Positions 27,666 through 39,649 of a stretch of 64,000 nt of DNA are shown here, piece after piece. Under the pieces are notes generated by a model that made no database searches, was not told where the DNA came from, and saw nothing but the letters and a program-made list of their open reading frames with translations. The position numbers were made by a program, and so were the translations under genes. This DNA comes from Clostridiales bacterium (GTDB taxonomy: Bacteria; Bacillota; Clostridia; Christensenellales; HGM11417), in assembly GCA_012519285.1 (NCBI GenBank), contig JAAYQN010000007.1, positions 1,831 through 65,830 on the forward strand, read 5' to 3'. Every line of letters begins with the position of its first letter. Positions within the stretch are counted from its first letter, which is position 1.

Positions 27666-27788
27666 TCTGTTTTCCTCGCCGAAAAAATGTGAGCAGCAAA
27701 AAATAAGCAGCCATTTTATTATAACATTTTTTTCGAGGTAAAGTCAAAACCCCGCTTTTTTAATTTAGGGCTTTGTGGCTCGTTATTG

Positions 27789-27817
27789 TTGCAAAATGCA
27801 CCAATATATTGTAAAAT
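27789..27817 (+). promoter_or_regulatory. sigma-A-type promoter of the asp23/DAK2 operon
   Basis: TTGCAA (27789-27794), 17-nt spacer, TAAAAT (27812-27817). Confidence 0.6.
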
Positions 27818-27844
27818 TAGTATATCAATTGCGGAGATTTTCTT

Positions 27845-28195
27845 ATGGCCGTCCATACCAAAAACGCATACGGACAGATTAGCATCACAGACGAAGTGAT
27901 AGCCTCCATTGCGGGGTACGCGGCGAGGGACTGTTATGGCATTGTCGAGATGGTGCCAAGAAATCTTACCGACAGCATAGCAGTGCTCTTTCAGAGAGAT
28001 TCGCAGAGCAAGGGCGTAAGGGTGGTCACCAGCGGCAATCGCATCTACATTGACCTGTACGTCATCATCAAGTTCAAGGTGTCCATCAAGGCGGTCTGCG
28101 ACTCCCTCAAGGAAGCGGTCAAATACCATGTCGAGAAATTCACCGGCATGATAGTTGACACCGTAAACGTCAACGTGATAGGTGTCAAGTTATGA
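27845..28195 (+). CDS. Asp23/Gls24-family envelope stress protein (YloU-like)
   Basis: GQISITDEVIASIAGYAARDCYGIVEMV is typical of the Asp23 family. 116 aa. It is paired with a DAK2 protein as in Bacillus yloU-yloV. Confidence 0.85.
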   Translation: MAVHTKNAYGQISITDEVIASIAGYAARDCYGIVEMVPRNLTDSIAVLFQRDSQSKGVRVVTSGNRIYIDLYVIIKFKVSIKAVCDSLKEAVKYHVEKFTGMIVDTVNVNVIGVKL

Positions 28196-28235
28196 TAAGG
28201 ATTTATTCGGAATTTATCGGAGGACTTATTCATTA

Positions 28236-29870
28236 ATGCAAAAGAATATCAATGCCGCGACTTTTCGCAAGATAATTACATCGGGTGTAAAGCTCCTGGA
28301 AGCAAACAAGCAGGGCATAGACGCGCTCAACGTCTTCCCCGTGCCCGACGGCGACACCGGGACCAACATGTCCCTTACTCTTCAGTCCTGCCTCAGGGAG
28401 ATGAACGAATACCAGGGCAACAACCTCGCCGCGCTCGCCGAGGCCATTTCCAAAGGGGCGCTCAAGGGCGCGAGGGGAAATTCTGGAGTCATCACCTCGC
28501 AGATACTGCGCGGCTTTTGCTCGGTGATAAAGGAAAAAGAGGAAATAGACACCAAACAGTTCGCCAGGGCGCTTAAGTCGGGCACGGAGATAGCTTACAG
28601 CGCGGTGAGCAAGCCCAAAGAGGGCACCATGCTCACCGTGATAAGGGCAATTGCGGAGAGCGCTCTCTCGGTTTCCAAAAAAGAGAGTGATTTCGAGAAG
28701 TTTTTGCCGGAAATCATCGCCGCCGGCAAGGACACTTTGGCAAAGACCCCGGATATGCTCCCCGTGCTCAAGAAGGCGGGCGTGGTGGACGCGGGAGGCA
28801 AGGGGCTAGTCATTTTCTTCAAGGGAATGCTGAAGGGCATCCTCGGCGAGGAGCTGTACGAGGAGAGCGCAGCGGGCGAGGAGGTTTTCACCTCAAAGGA
28901 GTTCGACGAGCACGCCGACCTGATGGAGCTCGACGAGATCGAGTATGCATACTGCACTGAATTCTTCATAATCAACCTCCACAAAAAGACCACCGGCGCC
29001 GACATCGACAGGCTGAGAGAGACCTTCATGACGCTGGGCGACAGCGTGCTGGTCATCGGCGACCTGGACTTTGTCAAGGTGCACGTTCACACCAATAAGC
29101 CCGGAAAGGTGATCTCCCTTGCGTTAGAGCTCGGCGAGATAGACAAGATAAAGATAGAGAACATGCTCGAGCAGAACAGGCAGCTTAAGGCCAAGTTCGA
29201 GAGCGAGAAAAAGGAGCAGGGCATGCTTGCCATCTGCGCGGGCGACGGGCTCGCAGCCATCTTTAAAGACCTTCTCGTGGACAAGGTGATCGAGGGCGGC
29301 CAGGCAATGAATCCGTCAGCCAACGACATCGCCGAGGCGTGCAATAAGATAAACAGCGAGCATATCTATATCTTTCCCAACAACAAGAATATCATCCTCG
29401 CCGCCGAGCAGGCTAAGGCGCTCGTCGAGAACAAGTCGCTGCACGTCATAACCACCAAAAACATCCCGCAGGGGCTGGCTGCGGCGCTGGCGTTTAATCC
29501 CGACGCCTCCGTCGAGGAGAACATCACCAGCATGACGTCAGCGATAGACACGGTAAAGGCGGGGCAGGTTACATACGCTGTCCGCTCCACCCACATTGAC
29601 GGCTTTGACCTGAAAGAAGGGGACATCATCGGCCTCGACCAAAAGAACATTCTCAACAAGGGAAGCAACGTTGCCGCCGTCACCGAGGATCTGATAGAGA
29701 ATATGATAGAGGACGGCCATTCCATGATAACCCTCTATTACGGCAAGGACGTCTCGGAAGATAAGGCCATGGAGCTTAAAGAGAAACTTGCCGAAAAATA
29801 CCCCGATTGCGAGGTGGAGGTGTATTACGGCGGGCAGCCGCTGTATTATTATATTTTATCTTTAGAGTAA
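28236..29870 (+). CDS. DAK2 domain-containing protein (YloV-like)
   Basis: From ATG 28236 (GGAGGA upstream). LNVFPVPDGDTGTNM and GARGNSGVI are the Dak2/YloV signatures. The C-terminal half is DegV-like. Confidence 0.88.
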   Translation: MQKNINAATFRKIITSGVKLLEANKQGIDALNVFPVPDGDTGTNMSLTLQSCLREMNEYQGNNLAALAEAISKGALKGARGNSGVITSQILRGFCSVIKEKEEIDTKQFARALKSGTEIAYSAVSKPKEGTMLTVIRAIAESALSVSKKESDFEKFLPEIIAAGKDTLAKTPDMLPVLKKAGVVDAGGKGLVIFFKGMLKGILGEELYEESAAGEEVFTSKEFDEHADLMELDEIEYAYCTEFFIINLHKKTTGADIDRLRETFMTLGDSVLVIGDLDFVKVHVHTNKPGKVISLALELGEIDKIKIENMLEQNRQLKAKFESEKKEQGMLAICAGDGLAAIFKDLLVDKVIEGGQAMNPSANDIAEACNKINSEHIYIFPNNKNIILAAEQAKALVENKSLHVITTKNIPQGLAAALAFNPDASVEENITSMTSAIDTVKAGQVTYAVRSTHIDGFDLKEGDIIGLDQKNILNKGSNVAAVTEDLIENMIEDGHSMITLYYGKDVSEDKAMELKEKLAEKYPDCEVEVYYGGQPLYYYILSLE

Positions 29871-29899
29871 TGGCAGAGAAAGCTTTTTTGCGCGTCAAA

Positions 29900-29939
29900 A
29901 GGGGCGGCAGGGGCTTAAATAACCCTGCGCCCCTTTTTA
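29900..29939 (+). terminator. rho-independent terminator after the DAK2 gene
   Basis: GGGGCGGCAGGG...CCCTGCGCCCC stem followed by TTTTT. Confidence 0.75.
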
Positions 29940-29989
29940 CGTCAAGGGTGGAAGCGCGGACAAAAAAATATTAAACTTTCTCAAAAAAC

Positions 29990-30018
29990 TTGCAATTTGC
30001 GGTAAAATTTGCTATATT
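29990..30018 (+). promoter_or_regulatory. sigma-A-type promoter of the tRNA cluster
   Basis: TTGCAA (29990-29995), 17-nt spacer, TATATT (30013-30018). Confidence 0.65.
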
Positions 30019-30071
30019 ATATAGGCGCCGATGCGCTGACGGATTTTGCGGTTTCGGCATATATTGAATAT

Positions 30072-30146
30072 GCGGGAATAGCTCAGCGGTAGAGTGTCGC
30101 CTTGCCAAGGCGAATGTCGCGAGTTCGAATCTCGTTTCCCGCTCCA
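30072..30146 (+). tRNA. tRNA-Gly (anticodon GCC)
   Basis: Cloverleaf read by eye. Acceptor GCGGGAA/TTCCCGC, anticodon loop TTGCCAA, T-arm GCGAGTTCGAATCTCGT, encoded CCA. Confidence 0.92.
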
Positions 30147-30147
30147 T

Positions 30148-30221
<74 letters not shown>

Positions 30222-30227
30222 ATCCTT

Positions 30228-30317
30228 GCCGAAATGGCGGAACAGGCAGACGCAAAGGACTTAAAATCCTTCGGAGATCCTATCTCCGTGCCGGTTCAAA
30301 TCCGGCTTTCGGCACCA
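30228..30317 (+). tRNA. tRNA-Leu (anticodon TAA)
   Basis: Acceptor GCCGAAA/TTTCGGC, anticodon loop CTTAAAA, a long variable arm, T-arm GCCGGTTCAAATCCGGC, encoded CCA. Confidence 0.9.
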
Positions 30318-30346
30318 ACCATTGAAGAAATTCAATGGTTTTTTTC
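30318..30346 (+). terminator. rho-independent terminator after the tRNA cluster
   Basis: AACCATTGAA-GAAA-TTCAATGGTT followed by T7. Confidence 0.8.
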
Positions 30347-30356
30347 TATTTTTGCC

Positions 30357-31565
30357 CTAAACAATCATCTCTTTCTGCGAAAATTGGTTGCAAAATTTCA
30401 AGAGCGCGCCTATCTGCCTTCCCTCTTTAAGCATATTATAAAGGCGCTCTATGAGCCCAGCGCTCTGGCCTGAGTACCCGCAATATTTTGAGAGCGCCTG
30501 CTTTACGCCGTTTTCCCTGACAAAGCTGCAGAGCGCCCTGCTGGCCTCGTCCGCGTCGAAAAGCATGGCGGCGGCTATCCCGATGCACAGGGAATTTGAG
30601 GAAAACCCGTGTTTTTCGCACAGCTTGAGGGCGCCGATAAGCCTGTCGTTTGGCCCAAGCTTTCTCACGGTGTCCCGCCCCACCCTCTCTATGGTGTCGC
30701 CCAGCGCCTTGTTTTCAAACCTGAAGAGAAGGTTGTCGGCATGCCTCATTAGCGGAAATATGTCGGCGCCGTTTTCACTTGAGAGCACGGCCGCCATCTC
30801 GTAAAGGGCTTTGTACGCCACAAGCCTTATCTCGGTATCTCCCGCCGCCTCATATATATATATATAGCCCTTTAGATAACCCAGATATGCGCACAGCGCG
30901 TGGCTCATGTTGTGGATGAAGAGCTTTCTCTGTATAAAGAGGTTAAAAGGGGCAAAGGGGTAGAGGTTTTTCACCTCGGGGATTTTTCCCTTGAACGCAA
31001 TCTTATCGACGGGCAGGATGCAGTAGGGCTCCACGCATACCCTCAAAGGGTTGCCCCTTCTCTTTTCCTCTGTCATGATGGGCACCATCCTGCCTATGCT
31101 CGCCTCCACAAAGCCCACATTGCCCTCGACCTTTTCCTTGAGGTGGGGGATATGCTGCATGATGAGTTCCTTCAGATACTTATCCGCCCCGATCAGGTTT
31201 TCGCAGATAATGATGTCAAGCGGTCCCCTGCCCAGATTGAAGCGCCTTTCAATCCCGAGGGCGATTGGCCTTGCGATATGCTTCAGCGCGTTGACGCCAA
31301 CGGCGGTCGCCATTATGTCGCACGTTGCGATCTCTTCCGCCACTTTCTCAAGATCGTTTCCATCGATGCCGTAGACGTTTTTTACAATTATCTCCTGGCT
31401 TTCATCTCCTACTATTTCGACGGGATACTCTCTGTCCCGGTTGAGCTTGTCTATCAGCTCAGGGTTGACGTCAATAAAGCCCACCTGATAGCCGCTTTCA
31501 GAAAACAACTGCCCTATAAATCCCCGCCCGATGTTTCCCGCGCCGTACATTATGAATTTTTTCAT
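30357..31565 (-). CDS. mtlD: mannitol-1-phosphate 5-dehydrogenase-like (mannitol dehydrogenase family)
   Basis: MKKFIMYGAGNIGRGFIGQLFSESGYQVGFIDV matches the MtlD N-terminal Rossmann motif. It is about 400 aa. An ATG four codons upstream (31577) is an alternative start, and the RBS is weak for both. Confidence 0.7.
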   Translation of the reverse strand: MKKFIMYGAGNIGRGFIGQLFSESGYQVGFIDVNPELIDKLNRDREYPVEIVGDESQEIIVKNVYGIDGNDLEKVAEEIATCDIMATAVGVNALKHIARPIALGIERRFNLGRGPLDIIICENLIGADKYLKELIMQHIPHLKEKVEGNVGFVEASIGRMVPIMTEEKRRGNPLRVCVEPYCILPVDKIAFKGKIPEVKNLYPFAPFNLFIQRKLFIHNMSHALCAYLGYLKGYIYIYEAAGDTEIRLVAYKALYEMAAVLSSENGADIFPLMRHADNLLFRFENKALGDTIERVGRDTVRKLGPNDRLIGALKLCEKHGFSSNSLCIGIAAAMLFDADEASRALCSFVRENGVKQALSKYCGYSGQSAGLIERLYNMLKEGRQIGALLKFCNQFSQKEMIV

Positions 31566-31731
31566 AGCACATACCATAGATTTAGGTTAATCCTTAACCA
31601 TGTCCTCAATTTTAGGTCGTTCAGAAAATAACATTAAAATTTACCAAAAATAGTGATAACATTATACCATGGATATTTCCAATTCAGCAAGCTAACCCAT
31701 CAAAAAAGCCTCCCATGGAGGCCTTTTTGTG

Positions 31732-34677
31732 TTATAAATCTTTTATAGCGTTGATGGGTTTCATGGAGGCGATCTTCTTTACGGGAATGAAGGAGGCGAC
31801 CACGGCGACGCCGACGGCGAGCGCGGCCATCAGCAGCGTCTGCCTTATGCCGAAGAAGAAAAGCGTATACACCGTATCGAATTTCAACAGCTCGACGAAC
31901 TGCCTCCCCATCTCGGCGCTCAACATTCCGGTGAAAAAGTAGGCGCCCACTGCGGAGATGACGAATTCAATTGCCACTATAATCAGCGCCTCAAAGGCGA
32001 ATATGCAGAACACGTCCACCTGGCGGGAGCCAAGCGCCCTCAAAATGCCTATCTCCTTTTTCTTGTACGAGACGCTGATGGAGATGAAGTTGAGCAGCAG
32101 CAGGCCGGCGAACACGCACAGCACCATCGACACGTAGAAGAAAACGTCCTTTAAAACCTGCGCTAAAACGTCAATGGTATCCAGTTGGGTGCTGATGGGG
32201 GTTACGTCGCGGCACCGGTTTTGGTCAATAAATCGCAGCAGCTCCATATCCCTTGCCGTGTTATTTGATAAATAGAAAAACATAAACGCTACCTCGCCGG
32301 GCTTGTAGAGCTCATTTTCTATGACCTGGTCGTAGACGCTGTCCGGCACGTAGAACGTCATTCGGGGAAGGCCGGTCCTTAAAACGCTCACAAACATCTG
32401 CTTTATCGTTTCCTCCTCCTGCGGCAGCTTGGTGCTGCCCACCGTCGCGAGCTTGATGAACTCATTTCCCCGCAAGATTTTCATTAGCTGAAGCTCAAAC
32501 TCAACGCCCGTGTCAATGGTCTCAATCTGCGCCATAATCTGCTCGAAACTGGCGTCGATGAATTCCCTGGCAAATCCATCAAAATAGGTCTCATAGTAAT
32601 AGGGGTAGTTGTCGTTCATAAACCGCTCCTGCGCGCCGTAGTAATTGTCGTCGCCGATTTCCCCTTCGTATTCTTCGTTGAAGTCCGTTTCCATTTTCTG
32701 TTCTATTTTCCCGAGGATCTCGGGGAAAAAGATATGGTAATACTCCTTGTAAAAGGCAAACAGATAGTAGTTGTCCGCAACCACGTCCCCGTCTCCAAAA
32801 CTCTCCATGCTCTTTCCTTCAGCAAAATCGGTCTCTTCCGCATTGAGAAAGCTTATCGGCTTGATGAAATTGGAATTGTTTGAATAGCTGCCGTAGGTGC
32901 CGTACACGTCGAGCACATCGAGTTTGATTAAATCCGTTATCCCCGCTCTCGCATAGATCATCTCCTCTGTCTCAAGCTTGGAGCTTAGCACCGGATATAG
33001 CTCATTGTTAGATTTTTTCAACTCCTCAAGCCCTTCTATATCGTCCAGTCCTATGTCCACTATCCCCACTATCTTGAGAGGGGCGCCGCCTATTGTAAGC
33101 TCGCTTCCCACCACCTCTTCCATGCTGTCGTAAAGGTTGGACAGTTCGACGAGGATGGAAGCGAGGTACTCCGTAATCAATATCTCGCCAGCTGCCTGCG
33201 GTTTTGCGCTGTTTTCCGTCTTGAACTTAAAGTCCACTTTGGAAAAATCAGGCACGGCGATGCAATTGTCTCTCATCCTGACGAAGAACAGTGAATAGTA
33301 AGGGACATTGTACATGGGCAGCGGTTTTTCACCGGTATTACTGTCTTGGAAGAGAAAGGAGGCCACGTCGTCCTTGTAAGGGTATTTATATGCCTTGATA
33401 AAGCTGTAATCGCCAAACTTTTGCTCAAAGGCAGCTACCAGATCGTCGCTGAAACTGCAGTCTTCCTCAAACGGGTAGCCGTAGTACTCCATGACCTTGT
33501 AAGTCGAAATGCCCACCCTGCTTATGCCTGTCTTTTGCAGCCCGTCATACAGCGCCCGCACGCCGTCATAGCAGGCGAATGCATCGGACACGCCGAAAAG
33601 CACCAGCGAGATCACCGTCAGGATGATGGTAAACGCCAGCCTTATGCGCTTTCTCTTGAGCCCGCTGGCGCCCATGATGAAGGCTTCCTTAAGGGGCAGC
33701 CTGGACTTTCTCAGCTTAAAGTCGCCCGGCCCGTACTGCTTATAGTTATTTTGCGCCTTGTCGGTCTCTACAAACGCGGACTCCGCCTTGGTGCCCTCTG
33801 AGCCGTAAAGCTGTGCCGAGTAAAGCTGCGCAGAAATCCCGCCGTTTAAGCTGACAAACACCTCGCCCTCGGCCTCGAGCAGCATTTTGGAAATCTCCTC
33901 CATGTCCTGCTTTGTCAGGGCCTTGGCATTCTTTATATGAATATAGCTGTCCTTTAAGTACTCATACCTCTCCGTCCTCACAAAGCCCGAGTTTTTGCCG
34001 TAGCTCACTTTCTTTACGTCGGAAATGACTCTGCCGTCGGAGAGCTCGATTATCCTGTCGCCGTATTCTTCGGCGGATTCCCTGTCGTGGGATACCACAA
34101 GCACCAGCTTTTCCCTTGACAATTTTTTGAGCGTCTGGAAAATCTGCCTGCCCGTGGCCGAATCCAGCTGCCCCGTGGGTTCGTCAGCCATTATCACTTG
34201 AGGGTTCTTGACGAGCGCCCTCGCGATCGCCACCCTCTGCTTCTGCCCGCCCGACAGCTCGTTGGGTTTTCTCTGTCCGTAGCCTTCAAGGTCCACTTTC
34301 CTAAGTATATCGTCTATCGTCTCCTTGTCGGCTTTCCTGTGCTGAAGCTTTAAGGCAAGGCCTATATTCTGCTCCACCGTAAAGTCTTCCATTATATAAA
34401 ATTCCTGGAAGATAAAGCCAAGGTAGGTGTTGCGGTAGGAGTCAAAATCCCTGCCCTTAAAGTCCTTGCTGGACTTCCCCTTTATTATTATCTCGCCGCT
34501 GTCGTAGCTGTCCAGCCCGCCCAATAGGTTCAACAGCGTGCTCTTACCGCTTCCCGACTTTCCCTGTATAAACACCATGCCAGTCTCCTCGAACTTGAGG
34601 CTGACGTCCTTTAGCGCGTGGTGCCTTACCCCCTTTTTGGTCTTATAGATCTTGTTTAAATTCCTTACCTCTAACAT
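31732..34677 (-). CDS. MacB-type ABC protein: N-terminal ATPase fused to an FtsX-family permease with a very large extracytoplasmic domain
   Basis: Walker A GKSGSGKST, signature LSGGQKQRVAIARAL, Walker B IMADEPTGQLD. TM1 is near residue 350, followed by about 475 non-hydrophobic residues and then three C-terminal TM helices with an FtsX-like KKKEIGILRALG motif. The start is ATG 34677 or 34689. Confidence 0.8.
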   Translation of the reverse strand: MLEVRNLNKIYKTKKGVRHHALKDVSLKFEETGMVFIQGKSGSGKSTLLNLLGGLDSYDSGEIIIKGKSSKDFKGRDFDSYRNTYLGFIFQEFYIMEDFTVEQNIGLALKLQHRKADKETIDDILRKVDLEGYGQRKPNELSGGQKQRVAIARALVKNPQVIMADEPTGQLDSATGRQIFQTLKKLSREKLVLVVSHDRESAEEYGDRIIELSDGRVISDVKKVSYGKNSGFVRTERYEYLKDSYIHIKNAKALTKQDMEEISKMLLEAEGEVFVSLNGGISAQLYSAQLYGSEGTKAESAFVETDKAQNNYKQYGPGDFKLRKSRLPLKEAFIMGASGLKRKRIRLAFTIILTVISLVLFGVSDAFACYDGVRALYDGLQKTGISRVGISTYKVMEYYGYPFEEDCSFSDDLVAAFEQKFGDYSFIKAYKYPYKDDVASFLFQDSNTGEKPLPMYNVPYYSLFFVRMRDNCIAVPDFSKVDFKFKTENSAKPQAAGEILITEYLASILVELSNLYDSMEEVVGSELTIGGAPLKIVGIVDIGLDDIEGLEELKKSNNELYPVLSSKLETEEMIYARAGITDLIKLDVLDVYGTYGSYSNNSNFIKPISFLNAEETDFAEGKSMESFGDGDVVADNYYLFAFYKEYYHIFFPEILGKIEQKMETDFNEEYEGEIGDDNYYGAQERFMNDNYPYYYETYFDGFAREFIDASFEQIMAQIETIDTGVEFELQLMKILRGNEFIKLATVGSTKLPQEEETIKQMFVSVLRTGLPRMTFYVPDSVYDQVIENELYKPGEVAFMFFYLSNNTARDMELLRFIDQNRCRDVTPISTQLDTIDVLAQVLKDVFFYVSMVLCVFAGLLLLNFISISVSYKKKEIGILRALGSRQVDVFCIFAFEALIIVAIEFVISAVGAYFFTGMLSAEMGRQFVELLKFDTVYTLFFFGIRQTLLMAALAVGVAVVASFIPVKKIASMKPINAIKDL

Positions 34678-34828
34678 GCCCCCTCCCATAAAACCAGTAA
34701 TATGGCAACATTATACCCTACCAATTGTCTTTTGTATACCTTACATCGCATTTATAGCGATTTTTTTGCGAGCGCCTCCTCATAACCTTTCATTATACGC
34801 GGTATAAAGTATCTTTACGCCTTTTTGG

Positions 34829-34857
34829 TTGACTATTGTATGGGCAGATATTATAAT
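34829..34857 (+). promoter_or_regulatory. sigma-A-type promoter of purA
   Basis: TTGACT (34829-34834), 17-nt spacer, TATAAT (34852-34857). Confidence 0.7.
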
Positions 34858-34948
34858 GAAGCTGCGCGGCAACTTGAGCCGCCAAGCAAAAGGCAAGGGC
34901 CTTTAAGGGGCCTTTTTGGCTTTGGAGGTACAAGGAGGGCAAGTATTC

Positions 34949-36220
34949 ATGCTTACAGCGATAGTTGGCGTAAACTGGGGGGATGAGGGAAAGGGCCGCA
35001 TGGTGGATCTCTTTTCCAGGGACTTCGATATAGTGGTCCGCTATCAGGGCGGCAACAATGCAGGCCACACCGTCATAAACCATCTCGGCAAATTCATTTT
35101 AAACCTTCTTCCCTCAGGCATCTTGAGCGAAAACGTCATCAACGTCATGGGCTGCGGCATGGTGATTGACCTGAAGCACCTCGAGGGGGAGGTGAAGCGG
35201 CTTAGAGGCGCCGGCGTAAAGGTTTCCCCCGACAACTTAAAGATTAGCGACAAGGCGGTCATCTGCATGCCTTACCATGTGCAGCTTGATGTCCTCGAGG
35301 AGGAGAGGCTCGCCGACAAGAAATTCGGCTCCACCAAGAGAGGCATCGCCCCCGTTTACGGCGACAAGTACCTGAAAAAGGCCTTCCGCATGGGAGAGCT
35401 CAAGGACATAAATCAGCTCATGGCTCGCGCCCAAGGCATAATAGAGTGGAAAAACCTCACCTTAAAGGGCGTTTACGGCGCCCCGCCCGTCTCCCTCAAG
35501 GAGATTGAGGAATACTTTAAGAAGTATTCCGCGCTCTTTAAGGACTACGTAACAGACACCAGCGCTTTCCTCGACGAGGCGGCGCGCAGCGGCAAGAAGA
35601 TAATGTTTGAGGCGCAGCTGGGGGCTTTGCGCGACATAGACTTCGGCATTTACCCCTACACATCCTCCTCGTCCACGATAGCGGCATACGCCCCCATAGG
35701 GGCGGGCATCCCCAACCGCAAGCTCGACAAGTGCATTGGCATAATGAAGGCGTATTCCACTTGCGTCGGCGAGGGGCCCTTCATGGCCGAGATGTTCGGC
35801 GAGGATGCTGAGCGCCTTAGGCAGGCGGGCGGCGAATACGGCGCCGCCACGGGGAGGCCGAGGAGAGTGGGCGGCTTCGACGTCGTGGCGTCCAGGTACG
35901 GCTGCAGGGTGCAGGGTGCGGACGAGGTGGCGCTCACCAAGCTCGATGTGCTCTCTTATCTGGACGAGATACCCGTATGCGTAAACTATGAGCTTGACGG
36001 CAAAATCATTGATTACTTCCCCTTTTCCGCCGACCTTGACAGGTGCAAGCCCGTGGTAAAATATTTCAAGGGATGGGGAAAAAACATATCCGGCTGCCGC
36101 GCGAGGTCTGAGCTTCCCAAAGAGGCAAACGATTACGTTGACATGATAGAGGAAGCCGTGGGCTGTAAAATAACCTATATATCCGTGGGCCCCGAGAGGA
36201 ACCAATATATAAAAGGTTAA
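34949..36220 (+). CDS. purA: adenylosuccinate synthase
   Basis: From ATG 34949 (AAGGAGGG upstream). The P-loop is VGVNWGDEGKGRMVD. Other motifs are GNNAGHT and GTTKRGIAP-like STKRGIAPVYGDKY. 423 aa. Confidence 0.93.
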   Translation: MLTAIVGVNWGDEGKGRMVDLFSRDFDIVVRYQGGNNAGHTVINHLGKFILNLLPSGILSENVINVMGCGMVIDLKHLEGEVKRLRGAGVKVSPDNLKISDKAVICMPYHVQLDVLEEERLADKKFGSTKRGIAPVYGDKYLKKAFRMGELKDINQLMARAQGIIEWKNLTLKGVYGAPPVSLKEIEEYFKKYSALFKDYVTDTSAFLDEAARSGKKIMFEAQLGALRDIDFGIYPYTSSSSTIAAYAPIGAGIPNRKLDKCIGIMKAYSTCVGEGPFMAEMFGEDAERLRQAGGEYGAATGRPRRVGGFDVVASRYGCRVQGADEVALTKLDVLSYLDEIPVCVNYELDGKIIDYFPFSADLDRCKPVVKYFKGWGKNISGCRARSELPKEANDYVDMIEEAVGCKITYISVGPERNQYIKG

Positions 36221-36246
36221 TTTTGCTTTGAGGATTACGCTCTTTC

Positions 36247-36280
36247 GGCGCCGCGGGATACTCTTCGCGGCGCCTATTTT
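36247..36280 (+). terminator. rho-independent terminator after purA
   Basis: GGCGCCGCG...CGCGGCGCC 9-bp stem followed by TATTTT. Confidence 0.7.
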
Positions 36281-36376
36281 GGGAAAAGGGAGAAGGGCCT
36301 TTCAAATTCTTTTTCAAAACTTTCCCCTTTTTCTTTTTTTGGCGACGGGATTATGGTATAATATAAAAAGTGAGCT

Positions 36377-36415
36377 AAGACAAATACGTCCCCGAAAATT
36401 TGTCTTATTTTTTTT
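36377..36415 (+). terminator. terminator-like hairpin in the dapF leader
   Basis: AAGACAAAT...ATTTGTCTT stem followed by A-T8. It lies 15 nt downstream of an extended -10 (TGGTATAAT, 36354-36362) and 8 nt upstream of the dapF RBS. Confidence 0.5.
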
Positions 36416-36431
36416 ATGTAATGGAGAGGCT

Positions 36432-38872
<2,441 letters not shown>

Positions 38873-38903
38873 GGGCAAGGAAATAAATGCGAGGCTTGAT
38901 CTT

Positions 38904-39635
38904 ATGAAAGACGCGCAGGCTCAGATAGAGGCGAGGGTAAAATTCATCAAAGATTTGCTTAAAAGGAGCGGCGCCAAGGGCGTGGTCTTCGGCAACAGCG
39001 GCGGAAAGGACAGCGCGCTGGTGGGAATCCTGTGCAAGATGGCGACGGACAATGCGCTTGCGGCCATTTTGCCCTGCGGTACCTCGAGAAATTACAATGA
39101 GGACAGAGAGGACGCCATCCGCCTTTGCGAGAAATTCGGCATAGAGTACGTCGTGATAGACCTCGCTCCCGCGCGGGACGCCCTTTCCGGCAGCATCCAA
39201 AAGAGCCTTCCTCTCGACGAGATGGCGCTTATCAATATCCCGCCCCGCCTGAGGATGACTGCACTTTATTCCATAGCCCGCACAAAGAACTTCCTCGTGG
39301 CGGGCGCGGGCAACAGGAGCGAAGCCTACATGGGCTACTTTACCAAGTGGGGGGACGGGGCATACGACTTCAATCCCATCTCCGACCTCACAGTCACCGA
39401 GGCGTACGAGCTTTTAAGGTTTTTGGGCGCCCCCGAGAGCATCATAAACAAGGCGCCTTCGGCGGGTCTGTACGAGGGGCAGACCGACGAGAAGGAGATG
39501 GGGATAACCTATGCCGAGATAGACAGGTACCTTCTGACGGGGCAGGCGAGCCCCGAGGTTAAAGAGAAGATAGAGAGGGCGCACAAAGCTTCCGAGCACA
39601 AGCGCTCCGGGCCCGTCCACTTCAAGACAATATAG
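38904..39635 (+). CDS. nadE: ammonia-dependent NAD+ synthetase
   Basis: 243 aa. PP-loop FGNSGGKDSA, and GYFTKWGDG typical of NadE. Confidence 0.88.
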   Translation: MKDAQAQIEARVKFIKDLLKRSGAKGVVFGNSGGKDSALVGILCKMATDNALAAILPCGTSRNYNEDREDAIRLCEKFGIEYVVIDLAPARDALSGSIQKSLPLDEMALINIPPRLRMTALYSIARTKNFLVAGAGNRSEAYMGYFTKWGDGAYDFNPISDLTVTEAYELLRFLGAPESIINKAPSAGLYEGQTDEKEMGITYAEIDRYLLTGQASPEVKEKIERAHKASEHKRSGPVHFKTI

Positions 39636-39649
39636 AAAAGGAGCAGGCT

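Noticed and set aside
34858-34948. Possible riboswitch or attenuator in the purA leader (imperfect GGCC...GGCC hairpin plus T5)
   Set aside because: The stem is short and bulged and matches no purine-riboswitch consensus, so it is too weak to call.
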